Notes under the pieces: generated by a model
Database searches by the model: none
Told to the model about the DNA's origin: nothing
Seen by the model: only the letters and a program-made list of their open reading frames with translations
Shown here: positions 7,769 through 11,433 of the stretch, piece after piece
Layout of the letters: each line of letters starts with the position of its first letter
Numbering within the stretch: the first letter of the stretch is position 1
Program-made: the position numbers and the translations under genes
Assembly: GCA_046758705.1 (NCBI GenBank)
Contig: JBHIAT010000124.1
Span: 1-11,433 of the forward strand
Source of the DNA: Candidatus Bipolaricaulia bacterium
GTDB lineage: Bacteria; Bipolaricaulota; Bipolaricaulia; JBHIAT01
DNA: 11,433 nucleotides
Direction of reading: 5' to 3'

Positions 7769-7788
7769 TGGTTGATATGAGTCAACCA
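7769..7788. promoter_or_regulatory. Inverted repeat (operator or 5'UTR hairpin) between the promoter and RBS of the BMP-ade operon
   Basis: TGGTTGA-TATGAG-TCAACCA, with perfect 7-bp arms immediately upstream of the SD. Confidence 0.5.
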
Positions 7789-7800
7789 AAATACGCTCTC

Positions 7801-7830
7801 AGGCTAATGGGAGAGGGATGGCTTTGTCAA
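7801..7830 (-). promoter_or_regulatory. sigma70 promoter of the BMP-ade operon
   Basis: On the - strand: perfect TTGACA (7830..7825) preceded by a T run, an 18-bp spacer and TAGCCT (7806..7801). Predicted TSS is about 7794, giving a 5'UTR of about 40 nt. Confidence 0.65.
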
Positions 7831-8027
7831 AAAATGAACCGGGCCAACCACCGTCGTTGAGGCGTAGTTTGATACCCTGGCTTCTAATTCAACACCCGGA
7901 TTGCGTGGGTCTTGATCACCCGAAAGACCCGGAATTTCATCCGGATCCTCCACGAGTTCCAAACGATCAATGTCCATAATTTTCGGTTTCGAAGGCACAA
8001 TATAAAGTGAAGTCTAAGACACACTTT

Positions 8028-8061
8028 GTCGATCTACCGGGAACAGGTGGAGGTGGCACAT
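8028..8061 (+). repeat. 34-bp direct repeat, copy 1 (contains GGAGGT SD)
   Basis: GTCGATCTACCGGGAACAGGTGGAGGTGGCACAT, 33/34 identical to 8197..8230. Confidence 0.95.
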
Positions 8062-8159
8062 TGTGAGAGGATGTCGTCATCCTGTCGCGTTAATAACAGT
8101 TCCTCCCTCCGCGATCCACTCCGTTCACCCGCTCACGTCTAAACCTTCGGGTCTTGGCG

Positions 8160-8165
8160 TATAAT
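8160..8165 (+). promoter_or_regulatory. Consensus -10 (TATAAT) upstream of the large surface-protein gene
   Basis: Perfect TATAAT 70 nt before ATG 8236. No recognisable -35, so it may depend on an activator. Confidence 0.45.
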
Positions 8166-8196
8166 TATGGGTGAAGCCCAAAGACGCATTCATCCG

Positions 8197-8230
8197 GTCG
8201 ATCTACCGGGAACAGATGGAGGTGGCACAT
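8197..8230 (+). repeat. 34-bp direct repeat, copy 2 (contains the GGAGGT SD for the surface-protein gene)
   Basis: GTCGATCTACCGGGAACAGATGGAGGTGGCACAT. One G/A difference from copy 1, 169 bp downstream of it. Confidence 0.95.
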
Positions 8231-8235
8231 CCCTA

Positions 8236-11200
8236 ATGCGTTTTCACGGCCACAAAATGATTCTGATCATAGCGTTGGTTGTTGGGTTTGGTGTGATTTT
8301 AATGCCGTTTCTAGCACAAGCGGCAGCGTGCGTATGGACAGGTAGTGTTAACACAGATTGGGTAACGGACGGCAACTGGTCAAATTGTCAGGGGGCCAGT
8401 AATGCGCCCCCGGCCAGTGGGGATACCGCTACCATCCCCAACGTTACGAACCAGCCCATCGTTTCCACAATTACAAGCGTGACCATCAGTGGTCTGACCA
8501 TTGATGCCTTCGCCTCGGTGACCGTGAACGGCACGCTCACCCTGCAGGGTAATTTAACGGGCGCCGGCGACCTGAATGTCAATGGGACATTGAATTGGTC
8601 AAGCGGGACGATGAGTGGCAGCGGCACAACGACTATCGCGGCCACTGGCACTATGAACATCAGCGATCTCCCCGTGACCCTGTTGGGCCGCACCATCACC
8701 AACGCTGGCACGGTGATCTGGAGCAGCACAGTCAATATCAAAAGCGGCCGGGGAGCTGTCCTCAACAACCTGGCCAGTGGCCTCTTCGATGTCCAGAACG
8801 ACCAGGTCTTCTTCTTCAATCAGAAAGGGATCATCTCTCAGTTCAACAACGCGGGCACGTTCCGCAAGTCTGCAGGCACCGGTTTCACGGACATCGACAT
8901 TGTCTTTAACAACAGTGGCACGGTGGACGTAAACAGTGGAACGTTGAACCTCAAGAACGGGGGCACCAGCAGCGGGGCGTTCAGCGTTGCCGCAGGGGCC
9001 ACCCTTGACTTCATCGGTGGCAACCACTCTCTGGACACCAGCTCGTCCGTCACCGGTGCAGGCACAGTAGACTTCAGCAAGAGCACTGTGACGATCTCCG
9101 GCACCTATAACCTGGCCGGCACCACCAGCGTGACCGGTGGGACTGTCAGCTTCACCGGCAGTGTGGTCAACGTAGGCAGCACGCTCACCATCGACTCAGG
9201 CATGGCGGACTTCAGCAACATCGAAGGAGCGATCACCACGACGACGCTCAACCTCTCCGTCGGCACGCTGACTGGGTCAAGCAATGTCACGGTCACTGGT
9301 CTAACTACCTGGTCAAGCGGGACGATGAGTGGCAGCGGCACAACGACTATCGCGGCCACTGGCACTATGAACATCAGCGATCTCCCCGTGACCCTGTTGG
9401 GCCGCACCATCACCAACGCTGGCACGGTGATCTGGAGCAGCACAGTCAATATCAAAAGCGGCCGGGGAGCTGTCCTCAACAACCTGGCCAGTGGCCTCTT
9501 CGATGTCCAGAACGACCAGGTCTTCTTCTTCAATCAGAAAGGGATCATCTCTCAGTTCAACAACGCGGGCACGTTCCGCAAGTCTGCAGGCACCGGTTTC
9601 ACGGACATCGACATTGTCTTTAACAACAGTGGCACGGTGGACGTAAACAGTGGGACGTTGAACCTCACCACCGTAACGCAGCACGTGGGAAACACCCTTG
9701 CCGACGGTACCTGGAACGTCTTTGCTAACGCAACCCTCAACATCACCACCGGTGTGGACATCACCACCAACAACGCCAACGTTGCTCTCAGTGGTGTCGG
9801 CTCGAATTTCGCGAAGATCAACAGCCTCGCCACCAACGGCGGCAGTTTTAGCATTCTTGACGGTCGGGACTTCACGACCGTAGGCGCACTTAGCAATGCA
9901 GACAACGTGACCATCGGTGATGGGAGCACATTCACCGTGACCAGCGACTACACGCAGATCTCAGGTAACACAACGCTCAACAATGGCACGCTCGCTGCCA
10001 GTACCGTGGTAGACATCCAGGGTGGCAACCTGTCCGGCTCTGGAACTGTCGACGCCCCGGTTGTGAACAACGCTGGCCAGGCCAACTCCGGTGGCTCACC
10101 CGGTATCATCAACATCATGGGCAATTATATGCAGTCGGCAAACGGAACGCTCAACATCGAAATAGGTGGCCTGCCCGCAGGCACCGAATTCGACAAATTC
10201 ATCATTAACGGGACTGCGACGCTCGACGGCACGCTCAACGTCAGCTTGATCAACGGTTTTGTGCCCATCGCCGGCGATCGCTTTCAGGTCATGACCTTCG
10301 GCTCTCGCAGTGGTGATTTCGCGACCCAGTACGGCTTGGACCTCGGCAGTGGGCTGGCCTTCGATCCCGTCTTCGACACCGGCAGCTTGACCCTGGTCAC
10401 CACGGCCACCGCGGCAGCCAATCTGGCAGTCACCAAGTCTGCCTCGCCCGACCCGGTAGCCGTGGAGAGTGACCTGACCTACACGGTTACCGTCACCAAC
10501 AACGGCCCCGATGACGCCACGGGAGTCGTCTTAACCGACACACTGCCCGCGGGCGTGACCTTTGAATCCGTGACACCCAGTCCAGAATGCAGTGAGGCAG
10601 GTGGCACCGTCACCTGCGACCTCGGCACCCTGGCCAACGGCACCAGCGCTACGGTTAAGATTGTGGTAGCACCCACGGCAGTCGGTAAGATCGTCAATAC
10701 TGCCACCGTGTCGGCCAACGAGACCGACCCTGATGACACGAACAACAGTGCCAGCGCAGATACCACCGTCAATCTCGCCGAGGCCGATCTGGCGGTCACC
10801 GAGACCGACACGCCCGATCTGGTGATGGTGGGGGGTGACCTGACCTACACGGTCACGGTCACCAACAACGGGCCCTCGGATGCCACCGGGGGGACGCTCA
10901 CTCACACGCTGCCGGGGAGCGTGACCTTGGTCTCGGTCATGCCCAGCTCGCCCACCTGCACACAGGCAGGCGGCACCGTGATCTGCAACCTCGGCACCCT
11001 GGCCAACGGCACCAGCGCTACGGTCACGATTGTGGTAACACCCACGGCGGCCGGTGAGATCAGCAACACCGCCAGCGTGGAGGCCACCGAGTCCGACCCC
11101 GACTCGGCGAACAATACGGCCACAGAAAACACCACTGCCCAGACCCCACAAGCAGCCATCCACGATCTGATCGATCAAGTGGAGGATCTGAAGCTTGATC

Positions 11201-11433
11201 ATAGAACCGAAAAGAAGTTGACGAAAAGATTGGGTAAGGCGATCAAGAAACTGGACAAGGGGAAGGAGTACAGCGCGGTCAAACAACTCAACAAGTTCAT
11301 CAGAGAAGTCGGAAAGCGCAGAGGGAAGAAGATCAGCGATAAGGAGGCTGCTGACGCGTTAATCAAAGCCGCGCAAGGGATTATCACCGCGATCACCGGA
11401 CCAACCCCACAAGACGCCATCGACGCCATCCGG
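8236..11433 (+). CDS. Large secreted surface/adhesin-like protein (partial, at least 1066 aa): signal peptide, autotransporter-passenger-like beta-strand repeats, 2x DUF11, FIMAH-like helical module(s)
   Basis: I translated this frame by hand and it is open from ATG 8236 to the window end (alternative start ATG 8257). Sec signal MRFHGHKMILIIALVVGFGVILMPFLAQA/A; WTGSVNTDW...GNWS N-terminal motif; G/T/N/S-rich repeats (FNNAGTFRKSAGTG, FNNSGTVDVNSGTLNL); cap segment GTLNIEIGG...GTATLDGTLNVSLINGF.P..GD.F. It is missing from the ORF track only because the stop lies outside the window. Confidence 0.92.
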   Translation, partial: MRFHGHKMILIIALVVGFGVILMPFLAQAAACVWTGSVNTDWVTDGNWSNCQGASNAPPASGDTATIPNVTNQPIVSTITSVTISGLTIDAFASVTVNGTLTLQGNLTGAGDLNVNGTLNWSSGTMSGSGTTTIAATGTMNISDLPVTLLGRTITNAGTVIWSSTVNIKSGRGAVLNNLASGLFDVQNDQVFFFNQKGIISQFNNAGTFRKSAGTGFTDIDIVFNNSGTVDVNSGTLNLKNGGTSSGAFSVAAGATLDFIGGNHSLDTSSSVTGAGTVDFSKSTVTISGTYNLAGTTSVTGGTVSFTGSVVNVGSTLTIDSGMADFSNIEGAITTTTLNLSVGTLTGSSNVTVTGLTTWSSGTMSGSGTTTIAATGTMNISDLPVTLLGRTITNAGTVIWSSTVNIKSGRGAVLNNLASGLFDVQNDQVFFFNQKGIISQFNNAGTFRKSAGTGFTDIDIVFNNSGTVDVNSGTLNLTTVTQHVGNTLADGTWNVFANATLNITTGVDITTNNANVALSGVGSNFAKINSLATNGGSFSILDGRDFTTVGALSNADNVTIGDGSTFTVTSDYTQISGNTTLNNGTLAASTVVDIQGGNLSGSGTVDAPVVNNAGQANSGGSPGIINIMGNYMQSANGTLNIEIGGLPAGTEFDKFIINGTATLDGTLNVSLINGFVPIAGDRFQVMTFGSRSGDFATQYGLDLGSGLAFDPVFDTGSLTLVTTATAAANLAVTKSASPDPVAVESDLTYTVTVTNNGPDDATGVVLTDTLPAGVTFESVTPSPECSEAGGTVTCDLGTLANGTSATVKIVVAPTAVGKIVNTATVSANETDPDDTNNSASADTTVNLAEADLAVTETDTPDLVMVGGDLTYTVTVTNNGPSDATGGTLTHTLPGSVTLVSVMPSSPTCTQAGGTVICNLGTLANGTSATVTIVVTPTAAGEISNTASVEATESDPDSANNTATENTTAQTPQAAIHDLIDQVEDLKLDHRTEKKLTKRLGKAIKKLDKGKEYSAVKQLNKFIREVGKRRGKKISDKEAADALIKAAQGIITAITGPTPQDAIDAIR
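8596..8953 (+). repeat. 358-bp intragenic direct repeat, copy 1
   Basis: Identical to 9310..9667 except one synonymous change (A8940 vs G9654, GGA/GGG). Offset 714 bp, in frame. Confidence 0.95.
9310..9667 (+). repeat. 358-bp intragenic direct repeat, copy 2
   Basis: 357/358 identity to 8596..8953. Encodes the same 119-aa block WSSGTMSGSG...VNSGTLNL. Confidence 0.95.
10417..10770 (+). repeat. DUF11 (Ig-like, OmcB-repeat-type) domain 1 of the surface protein
   Basis: ANLAVTKSASPDPV....DLTYTVTVTNNGPDDATGVVLTDTLP.GVTF...C......VTCDLGTL...NTATVSANETDPDDTNNSA. Confidence 0.85.
10783..11139 (+). repeat. DUF11 domain 2 of the surface protein
   Basis: ADLAVTETDTPD....GDLTYTVTVTNNGPSDATG.TLTHTLP...C......VICNLGTL...NTASV.ATESDPDSANNTA. 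Homologous to domain 1. Confidence 0.85.
11143..11433 (+). repeat. Lys-rich FIMAH-like helical module (11143..11394) and the probable start of a second copy (11404..)
   Basis: TPQAAIHDLIDQVEDL...KLTKRLGKAIKKLDKG....AVKQLNKFIREV....GKKIS...AADALIKAAQGII, then TPQDAIDAIR at the window edge, 87 codons after TPQAAI. Confidence 0.6.

Noticed and set aside
7754..7830. Purine riboswitch ahead of BMP-ade
   Set aside because: The predicted 5'UTR is only about 40 nt and lacks the purine aptamer core.
7804..7998. 64-aa minus-strand ORF
   Set aside because: No SD, no recognisable motif, and it runs through the BMP promoter. Not supportable as a gene.
8028..8230. CRISPR array or IS ends from the 34-bp repeats
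   Set aside because: Only two copies, 135 bp apart (too long for a spacer), in direct orientation, with no cas or transposase gene nearby.
8140..8230. c-di-GMP-I riboswitch (GACGCA...TCCGGTC resemblance) upstream of an adhesin
   Set aside because: It lacks the GGYAAA start, the GAAA tetraloop stem and the GCAAA junction. The resemblance is too partial to call.
8596..9667. Diversity-generating retroelement TR/VR pair
   Set aside because: Only one mismatch, which is synonymous. Both copies are in frame in the same gene and no reverse transcriptase is in the window.
8388..11429. Multiple minus-strand ORFs listed over 8388..11429
   Set aside because: Antisense shadows of the single long plus-strand CDS. 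Their duplicated peptides only reflect the 358-bp repeat.

Overview
Bacterial genomic window with seven protein-coding genes. In order: a two-gene corrinoid methyltransferase module (URO-D/MtaA-like methyltransferase plus cobalamin-binding protein, +); a convergent PLP-dependent methionine gamma-lyase-family gene (-); a divergently transcribed two-domain (tandem) ThyX flavin-dependent thymidylate synthase (+); a convergent operon of a Tat-exported BMP-family solute-binding protein and adenine deaminase (-); a repeat- and hairpin-rich 480-bp intergenic region; and a secreted surface protein of at least 1066 aa (8236 to the window edge, +). The supplied ORF track misses this last gene because its stop lies outside the window. 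It has a beta-helix-like region containing a 358-bp near-perfect internal duplication, two DUF11 domains and a very basic helical module that appears to repeat. The most notable items are: a possible methionine-to-methanethiol-to-corrinoid C1 module; a symmetric bidirectional promoter shared by the lyase and thyX; a duplicated 34-bp SD-containing leader element; and a homogenised repeat block in the surface protein. All product calls come from motif recognition by eye; no database searches were run.
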